Of a stretch of DNA of 64,000 nt, positions 1 to 13,503 are shown one piece after another. The notes below the pieces were generated by a model that saw nothing but the letters and a program-made list of their open reading frames with translations, was not told the origin of the DNA and did no database searches. The stretch spans positions 124,001-188,000 of the forward strand of contig VJWM01000118.1 in NCBI GenBank assembly GCA_010909165.1. Reading direction: 5' to 3'. The position numbers were made by a program, and so were the translations under genes. The stretch's first letter is position 1, and each line of letters starts with the position of its first letter. Source of the DNA: Anthoceros angustus. Lineage: Eukaryota; Plantae; Anthocerotophyta.

Positions 1-370
1 CGCCTACATATTAACACATCCAGGACAACCTACTGTTTTCTATGATCACATCTTCCTGTGGGGCGATGAGATCTGCACAGCCATTGGAATTCTGGTACCC
101 AGCTTTCTATGCCCTCCTTTTCTCCTTCCAAATGTACCTTCCTCGTTTTCACTCACTGTTCCTTCAACACACCGCGTGCAGATCTCTGTTAGAAGACGGT
201 GTGACATCCATAGCAGATCCCCAGTAGTGATTTACGAGGCAAATGCTGAGGTCTATGCAGCAGCAATAGGAGGTAACCTGTGCATGAAACTGGGGGAGGG
301 CAGCTGGAGTCCTGGAGCTGAGTGGAAACTAGCAACCTCTGGAGAAAGTTATGCAGTGTGGGAGAAATGA
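1..370 (+). CDS. Alpha-amylase (AMY2-like), last two exons; gene starts upstream of the window
   Basis: AYILTHPGQPTVFYDH (GH13 catalytic region IV), short GT-AG intron (~96-181), then C-terminal beta domain ...YAAAIGGNLCMKLGEGSWSP...LATSGESYAVWEK*. Confidence 0.9.
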   Translation, partial: AYILTHPGQPTVFYDHIFLWGDEICTAIGILVPSFLCPPFLLPNVPSSFSLTVPSTHRVQISVRRRCDIHSRSPVVIYEANAEVYAAAIGGNLCMKLGEGSWSPGAEWKLATSGESYAVWEK

Positions 371-1174
371 GCACATTGTGTACGTAATACCTTTCGTCTA
401 TATCTAGTTAAATTATCTTTCCTCGCCTGCTAAAGCATCTTCTGCTTCAAGAGAGCATCCCTTCCTATGTACAGTACATATGTACAAAGAAACGAGGAAG
501 TCCAAGAGCCTGTACTGCAGTGCTGGATGGTTCGCCCTTGTCATGTTCCTTACAACTAAGGACTGCCTGTCTCCTGATCCCCAACATTCCCCTCCTCACC
601 AAAAACGTGCGCCGCTCCGTACCTGGTACCCAACCTTTCCTGTCTGTTACGATACGTTTTTTTTCTAAGAAACGGCTCCACTCGGATTCTGCTGAGTGCG
701 GCGGCTTCTGTGCTATGAGTGGCGCGGTAGAAGGTGCGCGGCTGCTTGTGGCTGTCTGTTTTGTGGGTTCTTGCAAAAAGCTTCTGCATGTTGTCTATGC
801 TCAGCGTGGAGGAAAGAACGAGGGGATACGAAGCCTTCGCCTTGGAAGCTAAATGCATAGTCTGTTCATGCTTGTTTTGGTTTCTGTCTGGACTTGCAGC
901 TTCTTTCCCCCTTTGCAGCGTCAGAAGCAAGACGCTGAGGGGCAGAGCTTTTTTCGGATGTTTTCTGACTGAGCTGGCGACTTAACTGGTGCGTAGATCA
1001 TTGTAGGAATCTCCTGATGACTCCGCTGCAATGCTCTCCGTTGTTTTCTGAAGGTAGCATGGAATTAAAACATGCTATGGGGAGCATGAAGAGAGCAAAC
1101 GAAATGCTGCTTTCTTCTCACCTCTGTTCTTCGAGTTGTTGTTTCAGAAGGTGAATCCAAATCGACCTGGCGGC

Positions 1175-2616
1175 ATGGCTGTGGACGTTGTCCGTGCAAG
1201 TTCGGAATGGGTTGCCAGCCATGCATCACATGTTTCCATCAACTCTGAGGGTATGAAGTGTTTTACCGCAAGCAGCAAGTGTGATTTTCCGTGACGGAAG
1301 GCCACTGAAGCGGGAATGGTGGTGTTCATAGGGATTGAGAAGATTGCAGAGCAGATTGGTTATCAAGTTCCCACTGTGAAGTGGGACTTCGAAGGCATCC
1401 ACTATTTTGATGGAGGCCCTCTTACTGCACAATACTTGCTGGTGCTTGATGCTCTCAACTTCTGCTTTTGGCCTGGTACTTCACGCCTACCAGTTTATCG
1501 ATGTAGCAGCTGTGCGAATGCTTTTCATGTTATCCGTAAGGTCATCTGCCTTTTCGTGGTTCCAGATCCAGATTTGCAGTATGACCATCTGGCTGCTGGA
1601 TTAACCAACGCCTTGAAAAAGGACCCCACTGTGTTGGAGGCCGGTGTTCTGCAAACTTACACTGGTAAGCTCGGTGTCAGCCAACTCCATACCATTCGGC
1701 GCGGCTTCCCAGTGTTTTGACAATTGTTCTGCAGGTCCTATGTTGCGAGAGTTGATTCAGTGGCCTCGTCCTCTTCCTTTAGAAGACGAGCGGGCTCGCC
1801 TTTTGAATGAGGTGTGGAGACACTCCTTCTTACTCACCTTTTGCTCGCAATTTCTTTCTTACCTTTTGCTCGCAACGACAATCGCTCACTCTGATGCTAA
1901 TCTGTGACAGCTCGGAGCAGAACTAGAAGTGAGCTTCAACGGCCAAGCAGCTAACCTTGTCGCTGCCGCCAAGCAATCTGCGGTGACACTCGTCCATCTT
2001 GTTACCCAGCACTTTCCTGGTATGAGGCGTTTAGTCTGAGTCGCATCCTGCCTAACGACTTGCTGCATAGACCGTGACGTTGCCGCTTGTTTAGCTCACA
2101 TGTCTGGATTATGCAGGTTTCAGAGACCACTGTGTGTACAAGGGACACCAGATATTTCTATACAAAAGAGCCCAAATTTTTGTCGCGGATCTGTGGGGTG
2201 CTTTCAACGGAGAGGGCCTCGGGCGATTTGAAGACATGGCATCGATAACCATGTTCGCTGATTACGTGGTGCCCGCTGTTCTAAGGCATTGGGGAGTTCT
2301 CACCTTCAGCTCATCACTTGCCAGGACAGTGGATGAGCAGCAAGAAATTGCCTCGGGCTCGGAGGAGGAAGTGGAAATTCGTGCCTGCACCATTACAGCA
2401 GTCGAAAAGCTTCGGGAGCAGCTGCGAGCTAGAGCCACGAAAGAGGTAGGAGCAAGTCAGTGCGGCCTGTTTTTTCCTTGGCGTTACTTTGTGTTCATGA
2501 ACCTGTCTGGGCAGGTTCTCAGCGTACACCTGGACTGGTGGCTTTGGTCCTCCGGCGTGTTAGAGACAACGGAAAACATGCCTCCACATCACCGCACCCG
2601 GACCATATATTACTAG
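1175..2616 (+). CDS. QNG1: Queuosine salvage protein / queuosine 5'-phosphate N-glycosylase (DUF2419, C9orf64 homolog), multi-exon
   Basis: Exon peptides KWDFEGIHYFD..LTAQYLLVLDALNFCFWP, LPLEDERARLLNE, FPGFRDH, FLYKRAQIFVADLWGAF, ITMFADYVVPAVL, EEVEIRA, DWWLW, HHRTRTIYY*, separated by short introns. Confidence 0.93.
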
Positions 2617-2947
2617 TTACGATTTAGCTATGGTAATATATTGATTTATGACTTTAGGTGAGCGTCAGCTGGTAGGCCTTGTGGTTCCAGGGTTGGAGTC
2701 ACTGTTCGCGCCATGCGCAGCGTGGGCACAAATTTTTGTTATTAGTCTGGACAATTTTGTTAGAGGAGGTGACAACAGTCTGGTTGCAGCAGATGTGAAG
2801 GCTGAAACACACTCGGGCAGAGAAGGCATCTCCCTCCATCGTTTCAGATCCTGAATACCGACACGCCCAAACTCAATTCAGTTTCTTCTTCCGCACCATG
2901 ATGTACAGAAAAAATTGAATTCATATCCAGAACGGTACCGGCAGGAT

Positions 2948-4266
2948 TCAGACTCTCGTGGTGGCACCATACTCGTATGTCATAGAAGGAGGATTGTAAA
3001 AGCCAGACGTCCAGGTGCATGGAAACTTGGGCCAACTCTCCCATGATCTGCTACGGGAATCATATACCACCACTTGCCTGGACGTGAGAGTAGTGAGGCA
3101 GATAAAGTGCTCATGCGCAACCACGCTGAACCTGTCCCACTCGCTTAGTGGACAACTGGGTGTATGAAGAGTTGGTGTGCGAGTCTCCAAGGTCCATCTG
3201 CCCGCTTTCTCTTCAAGCCGGTAGATGTCCAAGGGTTGCCCGATACGCAGCTTGTTCGCCTGCAGCAGCATCACCTCTCCACCGCAAACCAGGAGCAGCG
3301 GCCCGTTACAGGAGTCCGGCACAATGCAAGGTCTAGTCCAGGAGCGCCGGCCCGGGTGGTATCCTACGAGACAGGTCTGGCTCCAACGCTCGTTGATGCG
3401 ATGGTATGCCAAAAAGTAGACCAAACCATTATGCAACACGCTCTGCGCCGGGCTCGCAAACAGCATGCCCGGTGTCGGCATCCCGCTGCTGGGAAGCAAA
3501 GTCCATGCGCCGGAAAGTGAGTCATACACTTCCACTCTGGCTAGCCCATAGTCTGCCACACAACCCTGAGCTTCAGACACCATCACAAGCTACCTCTTAC
3601 CCCCGAAAAACGAATCCTGCGGAACCCTCTCAAGCGGATGGACAGCGCGTACATACCTGCGTCTGGCATCGGCGCGCTCGTGTGCTGACAGCAGGTGACC
3701 GCAACCAGGCTGTAGGACTTGCCATCCTGAGCGACCTGAAGGTGCAGAGCCCCAGGACGCCTGCATCCCAACATTGCCGGCAGCGCCTTGTAGGTTTTCG
3801 TCATCGGATTGCAGACAAAGATGGACTGCTTATCCCTGCCCTGCACATGACGCACGCACAGCAGGCCCCTGTGGCTGGACAAGATGCAGAAGAGCTGCTT
3901 TCCCACCAGACAAGGGTCCACAGGGAGGAAGGTCAGGGACGGCATCCTCCTCCACTTCTGCCAAGCCATGTCAAATCCAAACCAAACCCTGCCCTTGCCG
4001 ATTACAGGGAAATGAATATCCCCCGCCGCCATGGGCAAGTGCGCACACAGGTTCTTGAATGTTGGACTGCTGATTAGCGAATTCCATTTCCGGCAGACGG
4101 AGCGGCACCGAACCCGGTCGTGAAAAGCCAGCCGAGACAACACTACCGTCACCAAATCTTCCGGCAGAGTGCTGAGCAGTAGACACCCCTCCTGCTGGTC
4201 CGTGCATATAGATCTTCTCGGCGGCTGAGTCTTCCGCCTCTTCCGACTGTGTACCTCATCAGACAT
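2948..4266 (-). CDS. F-box (kelch/beta-propeller-like) protein, two exons
   Basis: LSTLPEDLVTVVLSRLAFHDRVRCRSVCRKWNSLI F-box; GLLCV..IFVCNPMTK..LP; VEVYDSLSGAW; one intron ~3571-3656. Confidence 0.85.
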
Positions 4267-4484
4267 AGCGACAAATATCCCCAGACCAGCTCGTGCCAGT
4301 CGCGACAACACGCAGGGCCCTACATCTGTTAGGGCTTCTCCAGACTCCTCCGCTTCACACTAATAAACAACCACGGTACAACCTAGACTACGTATAACCT
4401 AAAAAAATTCTTCAGTCTTCGTCTTGCTGACCTCTCATCTACGAGCACCTACAACAGTGGTTTTCTTACCAAAGCACAGACCCC

Positions 4485-5455
4485 CTAAGACGCCTCAAAG
4501 TCGTGCCCCCGATCGCCTCTGTTCTTCGTGCTGAAGTCCATCGGCACAGGCATGAAAGCCACCGTGATCTGTTTTTCATCCACATGACCCCGAATCATAG
4601 ACTCCGACTCTTGCAGCAACAACCGAGTCTCCTGCCTCCTCCTGAAAACGCCAATACACACATTTGCAAAGATTGCTCTTCTATTCCCTTCCAAAACAAA
4701 ATCAACAATCACATCCACTACCTCCGAATATCCTCCACAGCTTCCTTCCGGCGCTGTATCTGTGACTCCAGCATCTGAATCATGGTAGATCGTGCCTGGC
4801 CAGATCCAAAGTTTGGATCACTTTGTGCGTTCCTCAAACGCAGACAAACAAGGCATCCAGGTATCCATCTTCGGAAAACAAACACACCTGATGCGGCCGC
4901 AGAGAGTTTAAAAGATGATTCATGTTCCTAAGAAACAAGGACATATCTTCCACCCTCCGTGCATACTGCGACGGCCTCTCAACCAGAATCTCCGCCAACT
5001 CCAGCATGTTGAGCATCAATTCGCTATTCAGTTGCTTCAATTCCTTCCGGTGATCTGGAGTCAGCGTACATCCTTTCATTCTGCGTCGATCAAACAAATG
5101 CTAAACGGAGAACGACGGACTGCACCCGAGATGCCACCGCCTCTGTCGCCTGCGGTGCCGCATTCTGGTACAAACCGTGGAACCGGAGTTTCTGGGCGCG
5201 GCCTGGTCCCATCAAGCCCGCCCCGTGATTCGGAGCTGGTTGACCTACTTCTGCAGCGAACAGGTTTGGCTCTGAAAAGGAAACATAGAAGGTGCTTCGA
5301 GGCCCCCTACTACGGCTTGAAGGAGGAACAGTGGATGCTGCGGTCTCTTTGGCAAGATGCATTCCATGTTGTTCAGAGCAAATGCGGTAGTCACGTTTGG
5401 CATCACGGTTCTGGCCATTCTGTGCGCGCTCGCCTCGGTGACGGATTCCCTTCAT
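4485..5455 (-). CDS. MED7: Mediator subunit 7 (5' end uncertain)
   Basis: DHRKELKQLNSELMLNMLELAEILVERPSQYARRVEDMSLFLRNMNHLLNSLRPHQ|ARSTMIQMLESQIQRRKEAVEDIRR matches the MED7 core; N-terminal exons inferred only. Confidence 0.82.
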
Positions 5456-6496
5456 CGCGCTGATCCTTTGGTGGACGTGCAGGTGAGTACACCAGATGGA
5501 ATTGCAACGTGATGGAGGTTGTGTGCGCTTTGAAGTCCGGTTCTTGCTTGGCAATTGGGAAACCTTAGCTAGGTAGTTGTGCAGGAGTTGCTGACGATTG
5601 AGCTGGAATGTCTGTTGCAGATACTAGGTGTTGAATCCTTGCACAAACAGGAAGGAGGGAATGATGAGGTGAGGTCTTGTCAAGTGGTGACATGTAACTT
5701 CGTGCTGGTTGTGCTTGAATTGCGAGGATGCTGAGCTTGTGAGCTTGCAGGCGAGGCTGGTTCTGAACATCTCAGCAGATCTGCAGTCGGTTTTCACCTG
5801 GAACACGAAGCAGGTTGTGTGTACTGCAGTTCTATCTTATTCTGTTGCGGAAAACTAACAAGGGTTTTATCTAAAGGGTTTCCTTGCGTGTTTGGGTGGG
5901 TTTGCAGCTGTTCGTTTTTCTCGCAGCAGAGTATGAGACGCCAGATAATCCTTTCAATCAGGTAGGCTGGCTGACTGTAGGAGTGGTGATCTGGCATGGA
6001 CCACTTGGTTGAATGCTGAAAAGCCTATGCTTTCCGTGACCAGATTAGTCTCTGGGACGCCATCATAGAGAAGAAAGAAGATGCCAAGTTTTTGCGGCGA
6101 ACAAGGAACAAATATGCTTTCGTTGATCAGGTTTGTTTCATTTATAGTCTTGCCCACGTTGAGTTGTTGAAGGCAGTTTTCAGCTGATGGACTTCATTTG
6201 GCTTGCTTACAGGGTAACAATCTACGAGGCTTGGACTTTAATTTAACCCTGTACTGGAACGTGATGCCTATAACAGGCCGAATGTTTACCGACAAGAAAG
6301 AGATCACTGGGTTCAGATTGCCTAAGCAATACAGATAGATAGGGACTTGATCCAACTCCGTGGTTTTGTACATGGCTGCAGAGCCTGACTTCTTTGACAA
6401 ATTATTGGAGCAAGGAGAAGTGACCAGTAATTTATACAACTAATCAGTAACATTTCAATTCCTTCCGACAGCTGAGGCTTCAATTTCAGAGACAGG

Positions 6497-9400
6497 CTAC
6501 TCATATTCCAGTATCACGTCATCTGCGGCCAGTGTTACTCCGGGCAGCTTGCAGACACTCTTAACCACAACCTCGTTTTCGGCTCGCAGAACGTTTCGCA
6601 TCTTCATAGCCTCTATCACAGCTAGTTCGTCCCCAGGCACAACCTGCAAATCCAAATTGTTCAGCCACAAGCAAAGGAAGAAGGACGAACGAAAAGTAGG
6701 CTTCCTTGAAGTTCACCTGTTGCCCTGGGATGACTGATATAGAAATGAGGGACCCTGGCATCGGCGACCTTAAGACCTGCAAGATCCATTCCCAAATGGT
6801 TCCTATGAGAGTTTAGCGGGACATTAATTCACGACCGCTGAAAGAAACATGTTCACTCAAAGCCACCTTGCTGAAGTCCTCTTCTTGAGGAGGAGGCATG
6901 TGTTCTTGGAGAGCAGCTTCCAAAACTGACTGAACCAATACGTCCATCTGCAAAGTTCCACCCCTTCAGTCTACTCCACCGAAAGCAACCCAACATTCCA
7001 TAGTTGCAAGCACTGGTACCTCCATGCCACAGAAAAGGATGTGGAAGCCACGAGGAAGTCGTCGAAGAACTTGGCAAGTTACCACTTTCCCATCTATAAC
7101 GGCCTCGATGGCCCAAGGCTTTGAAGTTACTAGAGTCACTTTCTTTGTTGCACTGCCATGAAGTACCTCCTGCCGATCTCCCACATCAGCATACCAATTG
7201 GTATCTCTTGTATGGAAGAAACAAGACTTCGGCAACAAAAGTTAAGAGTAGAAGTTGAGGGGCAAGCATTTGGGTGATAATCCATACCAGAGAGAGAGCT
7301 CCTGGTGACTGTTGGGATTCACCAGTCAACTTGATCAGATGGTTCTGCCCACCCAGAGTTATGACCAAGTCCTTTGGCTTGGGCACCTTGTCGGCTACTA
7401 CGGGATTATAGTACCTAGTGATGTGCAAGAGGACCAGGATAGGTAGAAGCTCCTCCTGATCGAAGTTTTTAGACAAAGGAAGTTAATACGATTCTCAAGT
7501 TTCAATCCAGCGATTTGAAGGGCACAAACTTCACCATCAACTTCGGATTTACCTTCTGGTCATCGCTAATATCTGAAGGCTTCCATCCATCTGGATAATG
7601 CTGCTGTAGGAACTTCGTTGTGATGTTTCCTGCAACAAACTCCTGTTGCAATCAACATCAACAGGAACCATTAAATGGCATACACAAGACATTAAGTTCA
7701 GACTACACTAGTTTCTCACAACTGAGTATAGAAAGTGATCAATGACTACAGTCTTGAGGTATTACTGGATGGGAGATGATGGAGCGCAGGAAAGGGATGT
7801 TATGTGTCAAGCCTCGCACAACATATCTGTCCAACGCTGTCTGCCACAAGCCGAGGGAGGGCACCCTTAGACACTCCCCAGGCAGCAACCACGGACGGAC
7901 TATAGTGGCAAAGTCGAGAGGCTGGACTTTGCTAAAAAGTGCTGACCTCCATTGTTGCAAGAGCACTGTCACGATTGGGCCCCCAAGTTGTGACCTACAA
8001 GTACAATTCAGGATAACTGGATAAAGTTATAACATAAAATACACAAACATAGAAAGTTTATGTGATTTAAGAGAGCAGAACCTTGGAGATGAGTGGATCG
8101 TAGAATATGCTGATCTCACTTCCTTCTTCTACGCCTGAGTCGACACGGACAAATTCATGGGCTTCTCGAGCAGATGGCTCAACATAAGTTCTTAACCTCC
8201 CATTTCCGCTGCAAGTCCAAATCAACACGATGTGATTTCAAGAGACAATGGAGACCTTGGGAGACCGCAAACGAAATTACAAAGCAACGAACGAAAGGTC
8301 CGCCTACGGCAAAAAGCCTCGGTTTGGATCCTCCGCATAAACACGCGACTCAACAGCCCATCCCTTAATCTCTGAGGCCCTCTCCTGACTGAGCAGCAGT
8401 TTCTCGCCAGCAGCGACCTGCCAGAAACCATAATCACATTGAACTCCATGCAGAAGACTGACTGTGCATGACAACCTGTGTAATTGACTTGCACATATAA
8501 CCACCGCAAAGCTCTGATATAGAAGATGCCCAAACCTGACCACATACGGAACACAACGTACTGGGGCCCAAGAACTTCTACAAGTGCTGGAGGTGCAACA
8601 GCATGAATCAAGCAGTGCTCAACACCGTCTCACCTTCAACATCAACTCCACCAGGTCAAGACCTGTTACACACTCAGTGACAGGATGCTCCACCTAGAAT
8701 GAACCAATAACTCCTCTTAAGTCCATCTATGAGTCGGGTCTTCACAATGGCATCAAGAACAGAAGGATGTCAACGTGAAACCAAATTTCGAATCTCACAA
8801 GACTGTTCAATTACTTGCAAGCGTGTGTTCATCTCTAGAAAGTAGAACTTCAAATGCTTGTCCACCAAAAACTCCACAGTGCCTGTGATGCTTCAGCCAA
8901 TGCCATAAGTTACCTAGAATAGGGAAAGCTCCTTTGAATACAAGCCAAGTTGAAACAAGCAAATAACCTATTCCCAGGGCATTGAGACCACATACCAGAA
9001 GAGCGATAGTTAACCGCTTTAGCCAGAGCAACAGCTTGCTGCCCCATGGCAGCCCTTGTGGCGACATCTAGGACCACACTTGGAGCCTCCTCAATAACCT
9101 GCACAAGCCTAAAAGTCAACCTCAGACATTGCCGACAAGTCTCAGAGTGTTACTCCACAATGCACACAGATGAACCCTGCCATCTATACCTTCTGGTTCC
9201 TCCGCTGTACTGAACACTCACGCTCAGGAAGATACACCTGGATAGGTCAGCAAAGACCATGCACCATTGAATACCTCAAGCTGCCGGATACATTGCTGGA
9301 GATAAGATTCTTGTGCACAAAACAGAGAAATTATTACCACATTTCCATGGGCATCTCCCAATATCTGGATCTCTATGTGTCTTGGGTCCTCAATGAACCT

Positions 9401-10882
9401 AATCACTCAGAGTCTCTCAGAAGCAGAAGGAATGGCCATAAACAAGCATACCTGCTACACCTGATTGGCTGAAGCCGAGGGGAAGACCCTCGGCTGGCTA
9501 GTGAGTGGAAAGTGACATGGTCTCGACCTTGAACTTAGTTAACATAAGGTCTGACAAGGATCCAAATCCTTACTTTTCAATGAAGATCCGCCCATCACCA
9601 AAGCTTGACGATGCCTCAGCTTGACACAACTGAAACGACTGCCGAACCTCCAACTCAGTCCTGCAAATAATCAAGCCTTTGGTGACGTTCAATACTGTGT
9701 TGTGGCAGTTGGGGAACTCCAAATGCTGTAAGATCAGCAAATGCTGTATGTGTCCGGGAACGGAAAGCCAAACTTCTCGGCATGCTCGAAATGGTAAAGA
9801 GATGACAAAACGTTCTCATACCAAGCTATGCGCATGCCTTTTCCTCCGCCTCCTGCTGATGCCTTAAGCATTACTGGATACCCAATGGCTGCAGCTGCAA
9901 TCCCACCAGACCCACAGTGACGAAAATGCAGCACTTACTCATAACTCAGTGAGTCACTCTCATGTTATACGTACCAACATTTGCTGCATGGTTCTCATCA
10001 GTGATGACATCCTGACAACCAGGAATTGTGTTCACACCAGCGTCCATCGCCAATTGCTTACTCCTGATCTGGATAACAAAAACCATACTCTTGTTTTTCA
10101 GTTCCACTAGCCCTGCCAGAACTACGACAAACGAGCTGAGAGTATTCATGACTTGCCTTATCCCCCATAGCACTTATTGCTGAAGCAGTTGGACCCACAA
10201 AAACTACTCCAGCTTCTTCAAGCCGCTCCACAAACCCAGCATTTTCAGATAAAAAGCCATACCCAGGATGGACCGCATCAGCTTTGGTCTCTCGAATAGC
10301 AGCCATCACCGCATCAATATTCAGGTAGCTCTTGAGGGGTGGTGCAGGCCCCTGACCATCCGGATTCCCCTTCACAAGATTAGTTCCTTGGTTGTGCAGA
10401 GCAGCCACCACACAAACACAACCCATAACTTCTCACACCCATGCAGGAACAACCAAGCGGGACACTTACCAGGCACACTGCTTCATCGGCAAGTCGAACA
10501 TGAAGACTGTTAACATCGGCATCACTGTAGACAGCCACAGTCTTCATCCCCATGCGCTTGATGGTCTGCATTAGTCTGCAGGCAATTTCGCCTCGATTGG
10601 CCACCAGAACTTTCGACAGTTGCTGCCAAAGTGCCACCATCAGAATCCAAATCATAATCTGGCACTCCCAAGCAACAATGGTGCACTGACCTTGGCAGGA
10701 GCCGTGTCCTCCGCCACTGTATGGGACGCCCTCACAATCACAGCCCTCCATCCGCTGAGCTGAACAATCTGAGAATGGGAGCTCGCAGTCACCAGACCCA
10801 AGCTCCCTGTCCAGTAAGCCTGCTGCGCGCAGTGAGATGGCAGCATCCACCATCTCCGACCCGTCCTCAAGCTACGAGCCAT
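6497..10882 (-). CDS. PCCA: Propionyl-CoA carboxylase alpha chain, mitochondrial (biotin carboxylase + BCCP), many short introns
   Basis: [91 protein letters not shown], biotinylation motif IEAMKMRN; Arg/Ser-rich N-terminal presequence. Confidence 0.88.
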
Positions 10883-11117
10883 GTTTAACAATAATACATC
10901 CGACGAACATCCAGGTACAGTAATGGTTTCCGATAACCTATGTATGTACATTTCCCATGTATGTTGGTAGTATATATGACTGCTGAAACGGAAACAGAGC
11001 CTAAATGTGCTATATAGGCTGAAACAGAAAGTGTGATAAATCGGAGAACCGGGACGAATGAAGAAACGAGGACCTGCTGTGTCTTACCGATTGCTCGATT
11101 TATGAGGGGCGCGGGGC
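10883..11117. promoter_or_regulatory. Probable bidirectional promoter between head-to-head genes
   Basis: Only ~235 bp separate the divergent ATGs of PCCA (10882, -) and the Sel1-like gene (11118, +); TATATA elements near 10971 and 11011. Confidence 0.5.
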
Positions 11118-11498
11118 ATGGCTGATGCGGGCAAGGAGGCGGAAGAGGCAGAGATGCGGGTGCCGCTGCGGGTTGTGGTGGCCGATTGCGTTAGACGCTT
11201 CTTCGAATCTACGCTCAAGGCTGCAGAAAGCGGTGACTCTTCCATGCAGATGCTTGTGGGAGAGATGTACTGTTGCGGCTACGGCGTGCCGCGCAACATG
11301 GTTGAGGTTTGTGGTTTTCTGCTAGCAGCTCCAACTTTTTTCCCTCTCTGCATCCCGTTTGATGCGGATCTGGTGCGGCCGGAGGGTGTTTGATATTGGC
11401 TTGTGTTTGCTGACGCGCAGGGGAGGTTTTGGCTGAAGAAAGCTGGTGAGACTGTGTCCGAGGCGAGAATGATTCTAGCAAGCTTGTCGGACGAGTGA
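11118..11498 (+). CDS. Small Sel1/HCP-like repeat protein (conserved plant uncharacterised protein)
   Basis: VPLRVVVADCVRRFFESTLKAAESGDSSMQMLVGEMYCCGYGVPRN + exon 2 (11421-11498) GRFWLKKAG..: Sel1 signature A..G...Q..LG.MY..G.GV..D....W..KA. Confidence 0.7.
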
Positions 11499-11973
11499 GT
11501 TAGTGATTCGCTGTGCTTGTCTCTTTGTGTTCGCAGTTGTTGGTGGTTTTAGGTGTTTGTCTCTTCGTGTTTGTAGTTGTCGCTGGTTTTAGGTGAAGTG
11601 AAGTGGAGCTCACTGCTTTCCCCTGTTGTGCATGAATTCAGCAGGTGATCTGCAGCAGGCTCCTTTGACGCACCTGAAGGTGAAGTTGCGGTGAATGGTT
11701 GGGGCTATTGGAGGAGTGTGGATTGGAATCCTGGAATGGTATGTGGACCTAGGGGGGGGTGGTTGTATGGTTTTCATAGGTCGGAGTCCCTGGTTTCTGA
11801 GAACCGGTTTGGTGCAGGAGTTCAATGGGGTTGAACATCTGGGGAACAGATTCTGTTCGAGTGTTTCTTTCGTTGGGATTTGTCGCTAGGGTTCTTGTAG
11901 TTGGCACCGTTTGACACAGTGGGACAAGCCAGCTTTAAGTCTTTTTAGCTGGGATCTGGCTTCTCAGAGAAGT

Positions 11974-12930
11974 ATGGCAGAGGGAGAATGGCATGTAGTG
12001 AAATATCGCAAGAACAGGCTGCGAGTTTCGGTGAAGCCTTCGCCATGCTCTACAGTGAGCGAAAGCAATAGCAGGACCATCTTGCAGGTGCTCGGAGCTG
12101 TTGAAGTTCCAACAGCCCCGGGGAAGGATCAGGAAATACAGGTGCTGATGAGTGTGGCGGGAGGAACGGACACAGACAACACTGTTGATCAAGAGTTTGG
12201 TCATCAAAAGCAGGAGTTATTGGCTAAGTACACGAAATCAAAGGAGAGGGTAAAGACCTCGGAATTTTATAGGAGATTCTTGGAGCAGCTGCGGGATTTG
12301 GAACTTGCGGAGTGCCGAAGCTGGTTTCCTACCGCTTCATCTACAGTTGACTCTTTTGGACAGAGTGGTGGTCTTGATTGCCAAGCTCCGGAGAAGGGCC
12401 AGCAAATTCAGCTGGTTGTATATGGATTAGGGAGTATAGACAGAACAGAACGATCACGGTGCCAGTTATCGCTTGCACTCTTGTTGAAAGAGTCTCTTCC
12501 ACATGTGGTCCGAGTATTGGTGCACGATCCTATCCTTACACGTTTGGAATGCCGTGTTCTGGAGGACCTCGGGTGCTTTCCGATGATGCACAACTGCAAC
12601 GGTAACTTGCGCTTCTCTGAGCCCACTTTGTTCTACATGCCGCATTGCTCACTCCAGCTGTATGTCAATGTGGTGGCGTCGAACATGCACCTGGTGACCT
12701 CGAGTCAAGCTGTTATCCTGGGAAACAGTTTCAACTCTTACATCGCAAAGCTGCCTGCGCCGTTAAGGTCAGTCGAAGCCGATTGCCCTTGGGAAAATAT
12801 GAGGCGGATGTGTGACAGGGTAGTGGAGTATGCCATTGACGAAATGAGGTTCCCAGACAATTCAGCTTTCAACTCCACGAGTTGGCACTTATTTCCTGCT
12901 GGTCGGTCTTCTCCGGTAGACGATTTTTGA
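11974..12930 (+). CDS. SRR1: SENSITIVITY TO RED LIGHT REDUCED 1 (SRR1 domain) protein, single coding exon
   Basis: LVVYGLGSID..SRCQLSLALLL, VHDPIL, PTLFYMPHC..LY.N, VILGNSF..Y, AFNSTSWH.F. Confidence 0.85.
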   Translation: MAEGEWHVVKYRKNRLRVSVKPSPCSTVSESNSRTILQVLGAVEVPTAPGKDQEIQVLMSVAGGTDTDNTVDQEFGHQKQELLAKYTKSKERVKTSEFYRRFLEQLRDLELAECRSWFPTASSTVDSFGQSGGLDCQAPEKGQQIQLVVYGLGSIDRTERSRCQLSLALLLKESLPHVVRVLVHDPILTRLECRVLEDLGCFPMMHNCNGNLRFSEPTLFYMPHCSLQLYVNVVASNMHLVTSSQAVILGNSFNSYIAKLPAPLRSVEADCPWENMRRMCDRVVEYAIDEMRFPDNSAFNSTSWHLFPAGRSSPVDDF

Positions 12931-13159
12931 CTCGGTACTCACAGGCATCCTTGGTTAGAAAAGACATTTAGAAATGGCCCTTTGCAATTTTTAGTGGATA
13001 GATCAAATACCTGTATACTTCACTTAATTGTAGAGACCCCTGAGTGGCTTTAACAAAAGCGGAGACCTTGGAGGGTTTTACGGCGGGCCATTGACGGCAG
13101 AAATCGTATATGTACAAATCAGAAATCACATATTGGCTCTGAGAGCTTCGCAAAAATCA

Positions 13160-13450
13160 TAGATCACGAACGCGGGGGAAAGGCGAGTGGCAAGCGTTTG
13201 CACCCGATGCACCGATCCACACAACCCACGCTCGGCACACATGCATGTTCAGTAATTTGCTCTCTAAAAACACGTCACCTTCATGGCGTCCTTCTCTAAT
13301 TTGCTCATGAATCTGCTTCCCCGCGGTCTCCAGAGCTGAGGTGCCCACACCCTGTGCATCATTTGTTCAGACATCCTGATTTGGGCCCCGCAACGTCATA
13401 GCCGTTTTTAAGGTTTGTTGCATCCAGCCGGCGGCTCCTTCTTGGGTCTC
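13160..13450 (-). pseudogene. Degraded PLS-class PPR fragment
   Basis: ALETAGKQIHEQIREGRHEGDVFLESKLLNMH resembles a PPR L/S motif; disrupted frames. Confidence 0.5.
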
Positions 13451-13503
13451 TTGAGCAGCTGCCCCCTCGCTGCAACTTCACATGTTTTGTGGCCAAGCTA
13501 CTG

